A stretch of DNA of 58,706 nucleotides from an uncultured Oscillospiraceae bacterium. GTDB lineage: Bacteria; Bacillota; Clostridia; Oscillospirales; Oscillospiraceae. The stretch spans positions 1-58,706 of the forward strand of contig CANQQI010000001.1 in assembly GCA_947625945.1 (NCBI GenBank), written 5' to 3'. Numbering within the stretch: the stretch's first letter is position 1; every line of letters starts with the position of its first letter. The translations under genes were made by a program, and so were the position numbers. The notes below the pieces were generated by a model. That model worked only from the letters and a program-made list of their open reading frames with translations, ran no database searches and was not told the DNA's origin. Positions 47,298 through 55,869 of the stretch are shown here, piece after piece.

Positions 47298-47997
47298 TCA
47301 TCATGCCATCACAGTGCCAAATCTCCTAGCAACATTACCCGCTGTACTTGCAGCAGATGACAATATGGCTGCACTTGCAGCAGCGGTAGCGAGAATACTG
47401 GCTGAGCGTCCGGAAGAGATCCGGGCGCTTTTGATTTATTCCCGCATCAGCTCCTTACCGGAAGAGCTGCTGGATATTCTGGCCTATGATTTCAAGGTGG
47501 ACTGGTGGGACCCGGATTACAATCTTGCTCAAAAGCGGCGAACGCTCGAAGAAAGCTGGTATGTCCATAGGATTCTCGGGACGAAGGCAGCAGTGCAAAG
47601 GGCAATTTCCTCTGTTTATCCCGATTCTACGGTGCAAGAATGGTTTGATTATGACGGCAAGCCATATCATTTCCGACTGACGATTGACACTACCAACGAG
47701 GCTATAACTGCGAAGAAGAGGGTGAGACTGCTTGCACGACTGAACTATTACAAAAACTTGCGGTCTCACTTGGACGGCATCCGATATTATGCTCATGCCG
47801 AAACAGAGACCCATATCCATGCCGGTGTTACCTATATTGGCGAATGCGAAACCTATACCGTCTATGTCCCAAAACCGAAATGGCTGGGCATCCATGGAAC
47901 GGCTCTTGACCATGTTGGAGTAAGGTTTGTCGGGACTATGGAGACTGTAACAGTACGTGTGCAGACAAAAGGGGGGTTAAATAATGGGAAGATTTGA
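47290..47997 (+). CDS. Tail protein I (P2-like)
   Basis: LLDILAYDFKVD..HR.LGTKAAV..EWFDY.G.PYHF..KN.RSHLD. Confidence 0.9.
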   Translation: MSDHHAITVPNLLATLPAVLAADDNMAALAAAVARILAERPEEIRALLIYSRISSLPEELLDILAYDFKVDWWDPDYNLAQKRRTLEESWYVHRILGTKAAVQRAISSVYPDSTVQEWFDYDGKPYHFRLTIDTTNEAITAKKRVRLLARLNYYKNLRSHLDGIRYYAHAETETHIHAGVTYIGECETYTVYVPKPKWLGIHGTALDHVGVRFVGTMETVTVRVQTKGGLNNGKI

Positions 47998-48964
47998 AAA
48001 TTCAATCGTTACACTTTCTGGCGTCGATATGCTGAATGAGCAACTGATCGGCCGTAAAATGACGGTTACCAGTGTTTGTACCGGCAGTGGGATGACAGAT
48101 GTCTCTGAACTCGAAAAGATAACAGAGCTCCAAGACCAAAAGCAGAAAGGACGGCTCGTATCTTTGGAGGATGCAGATACCTACAAGCGTATTCGCATCC
48201 AGCTATCGAATGCTGGGCTGGGGGAATCTTATCAACTGCACCAGGTGCTGGTCATGGCTGCTTTGGATGAGCCCGCCGTACCGGGCGGTTATCAAGAGCA
48301 GTCTTTTGTGGTTATGCAGGATGATGTTGGCATCAACGTCCCATCGGAGGAGGACGCCCCTGGATGGGAACTGGAGATGTATTGCGTCATTGCGCTGGAC
48401 AACAAACTACACATCGATATCGTTGTAGACCCTGCTGGCACTGCGAAGCTAAAGGATCTGGATATGGCAATGGCCCGGCACAACGCCGATACAGAGGCCC
48501 ACCCGTCGCTGCGGCCGGTGACGGTAGAGCTCACAGTGCCGGCGGAGGCTTGGCAAGAGGACGAATCCGGCGGCGACTATGGCTTTTCGGCCATGGTCGA
48601 TTGCGTGGACGCTGCGGTGAGCAATGTCCCGATCGTCACGCTGGACAAGTCCTGCCTAAAAGCGGCAGGAGACGCCGGCCTGTGTCCCACGGTGGAGGCG
48701 CTGGACGGATCCCTGCACCTCTGGGCGACGGCAAAGCCCGCCTCCGAGCTGACCGGCTGGGTGACGCTGCTGGGCCCTGGCAGCGGGGCGGGGGGCGGAG
48801 GGATCTCTCTGCCGGTAGCGACGGAGGATATCTTGGGCGGGATCAAGGCCAGTGACAGCCTGACGGTAGACCCTGACGGTACGGCGCACAGCGTAGCTGA
48901 CGTCGCCACCGATCAGGAGGTATCGGATATGCTGGCTCAGGTCTTTGACCATAAATCTGACTAA
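47984..48964 (+). CDS. Proximal tail fibre/collar protein
   Basis: Baseplate-anchoring-type N-terminus; HNAD..AHP motif; LPVAT...LGGIK. Confidence 0.75.
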   Translation: MGRFENSIVTLSGVDMLNEQLIGRKMTVTSVCTGSGMTDVSELEKITELQDQKQKGRLVSLEDADTYKRIRIQLSNAGLGESYQLHQVLVMAALDEPAVPGGYQEQSFVVMQDDVGINVPSEEDAPGWELEMYCVIALDNKLHIDIVVDPAGTAKLKDLDMAMARHNADTEAHPSLRPVTVELTVPAEAWQEDESGGDYGFSAMVDCVDAAVSNVPIVTLDKSCLKAAGDAGLCPTVEALDGSLHLWATAKPASELTGWVTLLGPGSGAGGGGISLPVATEDILGGIKASDSLTVDPDGTAHSVADVATDQEVSDMLAQVFDHKSD

Positions 48965-48989
48965 AATCTGACTAAGGAGGATCACAATT

Positions 48990-49646
48990 ATGTCTGACAA
49001 ATTGACAGCCCTGGAGCATCTGAAAATGCTGGCCCAGCGGGCAAAGGCGGAGGAGGATGCTCTCAACACCAAGATCGCCGCCATCAAGGTACCCACCCAG
49101 GTCTCTCAGCTCACCAATGACGCGGGCTACCAGACCGGCAGTGACGTGGAGTCCAAGATCGCCGCGAAGATCTCCAGTGTGTACAAGCCCGGCGGCTCCT
49201 ATGCCTTTGAAAGCCTCCCGGAACCGGATGAAGGCACCCTCGGCATGGTCTACAACGTGACCGACGCCTTCACCCCCGATGAGCGATTCTTGGAGGGCGC
49301 CGGGTCCAAGACCTACCCCGCCGGGACCAACGTGGTCGTAGTTCTGGACCAGGAGACGTACAAGTTTGATATCCTGGCGGGATTTGTGGATCTCTCCGGC
49401 TACCAGCCCAAGGAGGCCGGCAAGGTCCTATCCACCAACGACTACACCACCGCCGAAAAGACCAAGCTGGGCGGTATCGCGGAGGGCGCGACTAAAGTGG
49501 AGCAGAGCGGCATCAACGGCAGTATCAAGATCAACGGCGTGGACAAGACCGTCTACACCCTGCCGGAGGATGTACTCCACACCGCCGATATTGCCACGAC
49601 CGAGGAGGTCGAGGCGGCCCTCAACAGCGTTTTCGGCGGGGAGTAA
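48990..49646 (+). CDS. Tail fibre-associated protein
   Basis: VPTQVSQLTNDAGY; GKVLSTNDYTTAEKTKL. Confidence 0.7.
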   Translation: MSDKLTALEHLKMLAQRAKAEEDALNTKIAAIKVPTQVSQLTNDAGYQTGSDVESKIAAKISSVYKPGGSYAFESLPEPDEGTLGMVYNVTDAFTPDERFLEGAGSKTYPAGTNVVVVLDQETYKFDILAGFVDLSGYQPKEAGKVLSTNDYTTAEKTKLGGIAEGATKVEQSGINGSIKINGVDKTVYTLPEDVLHTADIATTEEVEAALNSVFGGE

Positions 49647-49661
49647 CGGAGGAGGTGCCAT

Positions 49662-50729
49662 ATGCGGCAAAGAGTGACAGTCCTGGAGCACCTCACGACC
49701 CTGGCATTGCAGGCTATGGCGTACGCAGCGGGCAAGATCTCCGAGCTGGCGAGTACGACAGCCTCCGCCATGTTGGAGCTTAAAAACGAGGTTACAACCG
49801 CCGCAAAGACCGCCGAGGCGGATAAGGTGACCTTTGCCGACGGGGAGACCTTCCAGGCCAAGTATGACGCCGGGGAGCTGACCGGGCCGCCGGGGGCTCC
49901 TGGGTCCAACGCCAATGTCACCGGCGGCGCCAGCTCCATCGTAACAGCCAATCTGACTGCCGGCCGGGCGCTGGTGTCCGACGCCAACGGCAAGGTGGCG
50001 GTGTCGGATATCACATCCACTGTACTGGCATTCCTTTCGGGCGTGACCTCCAACATCCAGGCCCAGCTTAACGCCAAGCTGCCCCTGGCCGGCGGGACGC
50101 TGACCGGTGATGTAACCATGAGCGGCGCCACACGGCAGATCAAGTACGCCTCCGGCAAACGGACCGCAGCGCCCATCAGCTTTTATGCCGGAGACGAAAA
50201 CGGCTCCGGCGTTGTGATCGGTGACGGTGGGCGGACCATCATCGGCGGCGGCGAGGCGGCTCAGAACCTGCGGGGCGCCCTGGGCGGATCTGACACCAAC
50301 GAAGAGCTCCACATGGCCAGTGACGGGGCGGTCAATGTACACACCAAATGCCAGACGATCTCTCAGCGGCACACTTTTACCTTCCAGGCCGACGGGCGCC
50401 TCTCTGGTGTAGCCAATCCCACTGCGACCACGGACGTGGCAAATAAGCAGTATGTGGACGCAAAGCAGGCGGACATCTTCTATCGGGCGGTGAGCCTGAC
50501 CGTGGCCGGGTGGAACGCCAGCGCCAAGACCCAGACCGTCACGGTCAGCGGCGTCGTAGCGGCCGAGACATCCCAGCTCATCATCCCGACGCCGGCACTG
50601 GCCAGCCGGGCAGCGTACCAGGCAGCGGGCATCCAGGCTACCGCCCAGGGCGCGAATACGGTTACGTTTACCGCCGAAACGGTGCCCACGGTGGCGCTGA
50701 CGGTGTATGTGACGGTTGTCCCGTTATAA
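49662..50729 (+). CDS. Tail fibre protein
   Basis: GPPGAPG; LSGVTSNIQAQLN.KLPLAGGTLTG; ANKQYVD; C-terminal beta-rich domain. Confidence 0.8.
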   Translation: MRQRVTVLEHLTTLALQAMAYAAGKISELASTTASAMLELKNEVTTAAKTAEADKVTFADGETFQAKYDAGELTGPPGAPGSNANVTGGASSIVTANLTAGRALVSDANGKVAVSDITSTVLAFLSGVTSNIQAQLNAKLPLAGGTLTGDVTMSGATRQIKYASGKRTAAPISFYAGDENGSGVVIGDGGRTIIGGGEAAQNLRGALGGSDTNEELHMASDGAVNVHTKCQTISQRHTFTFQADGRLSGVANPTATTDVANKQYVDAKQADIFYRAVSLTVAGWNASAKTQTVTVSGVVAAETSQLIIPTPALASRAAYQAAGIQATAQGANTVTFTAETVPTVALTVYVTVVPL

Positions 50730-51270
50730 CAACAATCGAAATCGGAGGTGTCAAATGAAAGGAATCGTAAATGTACCGGGAGCCAGTGGGGCGGATATTG
50801 CCGCCCACAATTTGAGCCCGGAAGCCCATCCCGATCTCCGGCAGGAGATGAAGGATCTGAAAAAGCAACCCTCGGAGTTGGCGGCGCTGATCGTCGCTCA
50901 CAATGCGGATAAGGCAGCCCACGCCGACATCAGCAGTGCGCTGCAGACGGTGACGGAAAAACAGGCCCAAGAGAAGACACAGCTGGACAAGCTGGCGCAG
51001 GCGCAGAGCCAGGCTGCCGTCGTGTACCGCACCGTCACCCTGGCGGTCGCCAACTGGGATGCCAGCGCCAAGACTCAAACAGTGACGGTCACCGGCGTCT
51101 CCGCCAAGGAGACGGACCAGCTCATCATCCCCACCCCCGCTCTGGCAAACCAGGAAGCCTATTTGGACGCCGGCATCCGGGCCACGGCCCAGAAAGCCAA
51201 CAGCCTAACCTTCACTGCCGAGAGCACCCCCGAGGAGGCCCTGACGGTGTATGTAACGATCATCCCGCTT
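50481..51270 (+). repeat. Duplicated ~82-aa C-terminal domain (50481-50726 and 51025-51270)
   Basis: YR.V.L.VA.W.ASAKTQTVTV.GV.A.ET.QLIIPTPALA..AY..AGI.ATAQ.AN..TFTAE..P..ALTVYVT..PL in both genes. Confidence 0.9.
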
Positions 51271-51288
51271 GGAGGTGGTACCGCATGA
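50755..51288 (+). CDS. Tail fibre subunit
   Basis: Two AHN...AH motifs plus the duplicated C-terminal domain. Confidence 0.75.
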   Translation: MKGIVNVPGASGADIAAHNLSPEAHPDLRQEMKDLKKQPSELAALIVAHNADKAAHADISSALQTVTEKQAQEKTQLDKLAQAQSQAAVVYRTVTLAVANWDASAKTQTVTVTGVSAKETDQLIIPTPALANQEAYLDAGIRATAQKANSLTFTAESTPEEALTVYVTIIPLGGGTA

Positions 51289-51635
51289 TCTGCAACAATT
51301 CTAGTGCCGCCGGTGGCAGCATAAAAGACCTGACGATCAACCCGCCAGAATTTTCGCATTCGCAAGACTGGAGCAGCTCTACTACATTCGTGCATTCGTT
51401 CAGCGGCCTGACAAAGGGGAACTTGGGTAAGGGCGTCATTGTCGCGGTCGTTGCAAGTTATGATCGCGGATACGTAAAGGTGTGCATCTCTCCAGACGGC
51501 ACTGCGGAGACCATCACGTCCGGAGCTGGCGTCAAGATTGCATCCCCATATAACCTTGCCGCTGGGACGTTATCAATCAGTATGGGTAGCGGCTATTCTA
51601 GCGATGCGAATTACTTCATTCTCCGGAGAGACTAA
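51285..51635 (+). CDS. Small beta-rich protein, putative fibre tip
   Basis: ATGA-coupled to the upstream fibre gene; MICNNSSAAGGS start. Confidence 0.6.
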   Translation: MICNNSSAAGGSIKDLTINPPEFSHSQDWSSSTTFVHSFSGLTKGNLGKGVIVAVVASYDRGYVKVCISPDGTAETITSGAGVKIASPYNLAAGTLSISMGSGYSSDANYFILRRD

Positions 51636-51648
51636 GGGAGGGCCCGCC

Positions 51649-51951
51649 ATGGATTTTAACGCATTTTTGGATTCTATCGTAAGGCTCTCGGCGATCCTCT
51701 CCGCACTGGGGGCAATCATTGGATTGCTATTCTGCTGCTTTCAATTTATAATCCGGCAGCGAGAGCAGGACAAAGAGATCGCCGCCATCCGCAAAGATAT
51801 TGCCTCCTCCCGCAAGGAACAGGCCCTGGTCTGCTACGGAGTCATGGCCTGTTTGAAGGGCCTGAAGGAGCAGGGCTGCGACGGCCCCGTGACGGATGCT
51901 CTCAACAAAATGGAAAAGTACTTAAACCAGGCCGCCCACGAGGAGCTCTAA
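51649..51951 (+). CDS. Membrane protein, lysis module (holin-like)
   Basis: One N-terminal TM plus coiled region; ACLKGLKEQGCDGPV. Confidence 0.7.
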   Translation: MDFNAFLDSIVRLSAILSALGAIIGLLFCCFQFIIRQREQDKEIAAIRKDIASSRKEQALVCYGVMACLKGLKEQGCDGPVTDALNKMEKYLNQAAHEEL

Positions 51952-51954
51952 GCC

Positions 51955-52215
51955 ATGGCCAGACGGCGCGGAAAATTTCGCCGGTGGTGGCGTTCCGCCG
52001 GGATGATGGACCGGATTCTGGTCTGCCTGGCGGTGTTCCTGCTGGCGTTCACCGTGACAATGATCGTCATCCACATCCGCTGCGGCACCACGCCGGACAC
52101 ACTGATCGTCAGCGTCTTCGGCGTCTGCGGCGGAGAATGCGGGGTCATGGGCTGGATCAAAAGCGCCAAGGAGCGCAACCAGGAGCGCAAGTGGCGAGAA
52201 GAAAATAATCAGTAA
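51955..52215 (+). CDS. Two-TM membrane protein, lysis module
   Basis: RILVCLAVFLLAFTV..PDTLI..GGECG.MGWIK. Confidence 0.7.
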   Translation: MARRRGKFRRWWRSAGMMDRILVCLAVFLLAFTVTMIVIHIRCGTTPDTLIVSVFGVCGGECGVMGWIKSAKERNQERKWREENNQ

Positions 52216-52227
52216 GGAGGATCATCT

Positions 52228-52319
52228 ATGTCTACAAAGCAAATCCATCCCACCGTCATGCGGGGGGGGGGTATAGTCTAACCTCTCTGGCTATCCCCAA
52301 AAAGGGGGTGGCAGTATGA
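52228..52319 (+). other. Leader mini-ORF containing a G10 tract (52262-52271)
   Basis: SD AAGGAGG, ATG 52228; stops at 52281 with G10 but would end at TGA 52317-19, overlapping the next ATG, with G8 or G11. Confidence 0.65.
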
Positions 52320-52687
52320 TCCTAAACCCCATTTTGGCCGGCGGCAGAAAAATCAAAAATATCATAGCAGCGCCTGATTACGTCCAGATAAACAGATATG
52401 ACGATTCGACCGGTAATATAGTCCTTAATGTGGCATATGATTCCGCGGAAAATCTAAAAAATGCGATTTTGGTTATCACATCTACTCTCGGCAATCCAGG
52501 TGGCTCATTGTTATTTTCGATTGCTGTTGTCCCTCAAGAACAACGGGTAGTTTGCGCTACCAACGGTAATACCAATCCATATCCCTGTACATTCAAACGG
52601 ATTAGTGATACCAATTTTACACTGACCATACATCCTAACTGGAATGCCTATGCAGCAGAATTCCTTTTGACCGTCTTTGAAATGTAG
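52316..52687 (+). CDS. Small beta-rich protein, putative alternative fibre tip
   Basis: MILNPILAGG start; AT-richer than its neighbours. Confidence 0.6.
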   Translation: MILNPILAGGRKIKNIIAAPDYVQINRYDDSTGNIVLNVAYDSAENLKNAILVITSTLGNPGGSLLFSIAVVPQEQRVVCATNGNTNPYPCTFKRISDTNFTLTIHPNWNAYAAEFLLTVFEM

Positions 52688-52723
52688 GAACCAAGGAATA
52701 AACAATCTAAGGAGGAAATAGAA

Positions 52724-53635
52724 ATGACTGAACAAGATTTGCGGCAGAAAGTCGCGGACATCATCAACGGCTGGGTGGGCTCCACCAGAGGCGATGCCAA
52801 GCACCTGGAGATCCTCAGCATCTACAATAATCACAAGCCCCTGGCCCGCAGCTACCCTGTCAAGGTGAGCGACGCCCACTGCGCCACCACTACCTCCGCC
52901 GCCTATATCGCCGCCGGCATGGCGGACTGGACCGGCACAGAGTGCGGCGTGGAAAAGTACATCGAGATCGCCAAGAAGAAGGGCATCTGGGTGGAAAATG
53001 ACGCGTATCGGCCCAGCGTCGGCGACGCCTGCGTGTACTGCTGGGAGGACAGCGGCGTGGGCGACTGCACCGGCGACGGGGACCACATCGGCATCGTCAC
53101 GGCTGTCAGCGGCAATACCTTTGTTGTCACTGAGGGCAACATCAACGGCGGCCAGGTAGGTAAGCGGACCATGCAGGTCAATGGCCGGTACATCCGGGGC
53201 TTCTTTGCGCCGGACTTCGCGGCGGCCGCCAAGGCTCTGTCCGGCTCCACCACCAAGCCCGGCGGCACTGTTGGCAGCCCCACGCCCCAGGAGGAGACGG
53301 TCTACATCGTCAAGCTGGGAGACACCCTCTCCGGCATCGCCGCCAAGTACGGCACCACCTACCAGGCCCTGGCCCAGTACAACGGACTCAGCAATCCCAA
53401 CCTGATCCACGTCGGCCAGCAGATCCGCATCCCCGGCGCCAGCGTCAAGACCTGGCGCAAGGGCGACAAGGTCCGGGTGGCTAAGGGCGCCAAGACCTAC
53501 ACCGGCGGCAGCCTGGCCTCCTGGGTCTACAGCACCACCTTCGGCGTGATCCAGGTGGACGACGACCGGGTGGTCATCGGCATCAACGGAGCCGTCACCG
53601 CCGCCGTCCATGCGGCTGACCTCACCGAGGCGTAA
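52724..53635 (+). CDS. Endolysin: CHAP + LysM + SH3-like domain
   Basis: HCATT..DHIGIV..EGN; YIVKLGDTLSGIAAKYGTTYQALAQYNGLSNPNLI; KGDKVRV. Confidence 0.92.
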   Translation: MTEQDLRQKVADIINGWVGSTRGDAKHLEILSIYNNHKPLARSYPVKVSDAHCATTTSAAYIAAGMADWTGTECGVEKYIEIAKKKGIWVENDAYRPSVGDACVYCWEDSGVGDCTGDGDHIGIVTAVSGNTFVVTEGNINGGQVGKRTMQVNGRYIRGFFAPDFAAAAKALSGSTTKPGGTVGSPTPQEETVYIVKLGDTLSGIAAKYGTTYQALAQYNGLSNPNLIHVGQQIRIPGASVKTWRKGDKVRVAKGAKTYTGGSLASWVYSTTFGVIQVDDDRVVIGINGAVTAAVHAADLTEA

Positions 53636-53647
53636 GGAGGTGAGAGC

Positions 53648-53839
53648 ATGATCGACAACCTCCTCAAGCGCCTGGCCGCCTTGGTCAGCGTTAAGAGTAT
53701 CGTCACCCTGATTCTGACCATCGTCTTCGCGATCCTCACCGTCAGCGGCAAGGTCAACCAGGATTTCATGACGATCTACGCGGTGATTATCGCCTTCTAC
53801 TTCGGCATCCAGTCCGCCAAAAGCTCCGACGGCGAGTAA
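53648..53839 (+). CDS. Holin-like two-TM protein
   Basis: VKSIVTL..F..IY..IIAFYFG.Q. Confidence 0.75.
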   Translation: MIDNLLKRLAALVSVKSIVTLILTIVFAILTVSGKVNQDFMTIYAVIIAFYFGIQSAKSSDGE

Positions 53840-53845
53840 CAGCAA

Positions 53846-53886
53846 GCCCCCTTCCAGGTTCCACCCTGGGAGGGGGCACTTTTTTT
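53846..53886 (+). terminator. Late operon intrinsic terminator
   Basis: GCCCCCTTCCAGG/CCTGGGAGGGGGC followed by a T run. Confidence 0.88.
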
Positions 53887-53974
53887 GTTTTCCGGCCGAA
53901 AAACGAGCGGCTATCACATATCGCAAAGCCCACTTTTTCAGCAGATAATGGACGGGATGAAATAACCGCCCCGG

Positions 53975-54238
53975 CTATGGGGCGGTGATACATGCCACAT
54001 CTTCCCAGCTTTGTTCCTGCTCCGGAATATATCTGTTCTTCCTTTTGACAATATATCCGTACCCGTTCTGGAAAAGACGGTAAACGTATTTTGCCCCAAA
54101 AGGACATGCCCCGCGCAAAACTTCTTTGCACATCCCTAAACATTTTTTGTCCTTAATCCATTCAACGGAATAGGCCCCGTCTTTGACACCGTGAATTTCG
54201 CTCCCGGCTATATTGATGACAATGTTTTGAGTGTTCAT
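53975..54238 (-). CDS. Hypothetical protein
   Basis: SD AAAGGAG before ATG 54238. Confidence 0.65.
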   Translation of the reverse strand: MNTQNIVINIAGSEIHGVKDGAYSVEWIKDKKCLGMCKEVLRGACPFGAKYVYRLFQNGYGYIVKRKNRYIPEQEQSWEDVACITAP

Positions 54239-54258
54239 GGTTCGCTCCTTTCTGCGGT

Positions 54259-54318
54259 CTCCCGCGACGCCGTTTCCAGCGTTTCGGCCCGTGACCGGCG
54301 GGCCATCGTCAAGCGTGG
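54259..54318 (-). ncRNA. Hammerhead-like ribozyme (type I, variant core)
   Basis: Minus strand CCACGC-UUGACGA-U-GGCCCG..CGGGCC-GAAA-CGCUG(GAAA)CGGCG-UC-GCGGGA. Confidence 0.6.
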
Positions 54319-54509
54319 ACAATCTCTAACTCAATCGTCCTAACGTGTTTGCTATAGACGGTTTCAAGGCAGATCGTTGTGTTCTCTTTCCACCCGTATC
54401 TAACAAGCTGATACTCAACTCCGTGGCCGTTCATGTACATTCCCGTTTCACTCTCATAGTGATAACCCTTCGGGATTTTTACTTTGATACCGTCAAATTC
54501 TGCTGTCAT
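54309..54509 (-). CDS. Hypothetical protein
   Basis: SD GGAGG. Confidence 0.65.
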   Translation of the reverse strand: MTAEFDGIKVKIPKGYHYESETGMYMNGHGVEYQLVRYGWKENTTICLETVYSKHVRTIELEIVHA

Positions 54510-54533
54510 TTCCTTTTCCTCCCGGCCTGTGGG

Positions 54534-54767
54534 CTATTGATTATTCCCCATCTTCTTTGCATGAATCATATTGGCCGCCACTGTAATTTTGCTGATATGC
54601 TTTTTGGCTTCTGCTTTAGTGTGAAATGTTCCATTAAGTCTTATATCTTTACCTTCAGAACCGTGATACCAAATTTCATATCCCCATTGTGGGGCATTTT
54701 GTAGCGGGCTTCCAATATAAACACTTACAATTTGAAAATCTTTGCACTTAAATACTTTCTTGCTCAT
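54534..54767 (-). CDS. Hypothetical protein
   Basis: SD-like GAAGGGA; F.TKAEAKK.I motif. Confidence 0.6.
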   Translation of the reverse strand: MSKKVFKCKDFQIVSVYIGSPLQNAPQWGYEIWYHGSEGKDIRLNGTFHTKAEAKKHISKITVAANMIHAKKMGNNQ

Positions 54768-54808
54768 GTGAATCCCTTCTGCTTTCGTAACCTCCGGGGC
54801 GGGTTTCT

Positions 54809-55075
54809 TCAATGGTTCTGAATGGCGGTGGCGGCGCTCCGGCGGCGGTCGCTCATCGGAATATCGAGTCTCACGTCCACATCGGCGCGCCGGCCGTAGT
54901 CGTGGCAGATTTCGCAGATGGCCTCGACGAACTCGACATCGGGGTCGAAATCAAAGGGATGAACAATTTGCCAGGAGTAGCCGGTTACCTTGCAATTCTT
55001 CGTGCCGGTCGCTTTGTTGGCAGCGGCCTCAGCCTTTTTGATCTCGCTCTTGAGTAGTTTCTCGAAAGTCTTCAT
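54809..55075 (-). CDS. Hypothetical protein
   Basis: SD GGAGGT; first gene after a consensus promoter. Confidence 0.7.
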   Translation of the reverse strand: MKTFEKLLKSEIKKAEAAANKATGTKNCKVTGYSWQIVHPFDFDPDVEFVEAICEICHDYGRRADVDVRLDIPMSDRRRSAATAIQNH

Positions 55076-55105
55076 TTTATTTACCTCCCTGTTCTTTATG
55101 GTCTT

Positions 55106-55134
55106 ATTATACTACGTCGTATGGCGTATGTCAA
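55106..55134 (-). promoter_or_regulatory. Consensus promoter with a palindromic operator in the spacer
   Basis: TTGACA-17-TATAAT; TACG-N8-CGTA at 55113-55128. Confidence 0.85.
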
Positions 55135-55180
55135 TAGTTTTTTCAAAAGTTTTTCAAAAAATTTGACCGCCCGGAGGCGG

Positions 55181-55378
55181 TCAATCATCGAATTGTAATA
55201 GGTCCTCTGCATGGAGGCCAAGAGCAGCGGCGAGTTTTGCGGCCACTTCCAATGTGGCGTTTTTTATGGGTCTCCGGCCCGTGGTGTAGTTCTCAATATT
55301 GCGCAAGTTCGCCCCGGCCTTTTCGGACAAGCTCTTTGCTGTAAATCCTTGCGACCTTATATATTCTCCAAAAGTCAA
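55181..55378 (-). CDS. Small XRE/HTH regulator
   Basis: GFTAKSLSEKAGANLRNIENY..G.R.IKNA..KLA.AL. Confidence 0.8.
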   Translation of the reverse strand: MTFGEYIRSQGFTAKSLSEKAGANLRNIENYTTGRRPIKNATLEVAAKLAAALGLHAEDLLQFDD

Positions 55379-55395
55379 GGTATCACCCCTTGATT

Positions 55396-55424
55396 ATAAT
55401 ACTACGCTTTTCGGCGTATGTCAA
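55396..55424 (-). promoter_or_regulatory. Promoter with a second copy of the same operator
   Basis: TTGACA-17-TATTAT; TACG-N8-CGTA at 55403-55418. Confidence 0.8.
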
Positions 55425-55480
55425 TTGATAATATTGACATATATTTGGTTATTAGACTGTGTAGTTATTATACTTGCATG

Positions 55481-55514
55481 GAAAAAGCACAGGGGGTAGA
55501 TCCTGTGCTTTTTC
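55481..55514. terminator. Bidirectional-type terminator
   Basis: GAAAAAGCACAGG/CCTGTGCTTTTTC. Confidence 0.75.
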
Positions 55515-55520
55515 GTTGGT

Positions 55521-55784
55521 TTAACAAGACCGGCTGCTATGTACCTTCTTGCGCTTGCGCGAATCTTCGATTTTCGGCGATCTATTTGGAATGCGAATAA
55601 TGATCTCGTCAAGGTCACAATCCAATGCTTCGCAAATGAGATCGAGGTGCTCAAGGTTGATGCGTTCTGTTATTTCGTGGTACATCTCATTGATGGTTGT
55701 TGGCCTTATGCCGGTCTTGCGTGCGAGGTCGGCCTGCGTCCACCTGAGCTCGCCAAGCTTTCTGGACAGCAAAATCTTAATCAT
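55521..55784 (-). CDS. Cro/C1-type HTH regulator
   Basis: WTQADLARKTGIRPTTINEMY..LDLICEALDC. Confidence 0.88.
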   Translation of the reverse strand: MIKILLSRKLGELRWTQADLARKTGIRPTTINEMYHEITERINLEHLDLICEALDCDLDEIIIRIPNRSPKIEDSRKRKKVHSSRSC

Positions 55785-55869
55785 ATTACACGCCGCTCCT
55801 TCTGTGATAATACTACAATATTCTCACAGATTCCGCAGCAAAAAGTTAGAAAATCACGTTTTACGTTAT

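Noticed and set aside
50481-51270. Diversity-generating retroelement (TR/VR pair) in the fibre genes
   Set aside because: The two copies differ at all base types and often synonymously, both lie in coding C-termini, and no reverse transcriptase is present
47984-53900. Invertase-driven tail-fibre shufflon
   Set aside because: No second recombinase, no inverted cassette and no flanking inverted repeats were seen
52511-53926. Long antisense ORFs (e.g. 471 aa here; also 34135-35268, 38144-39178, 10647-11537, 49428-50372)
   Set aside because: These are shadows of GC-rich sense genes with clear family motifs and have no SD or recognisable domains
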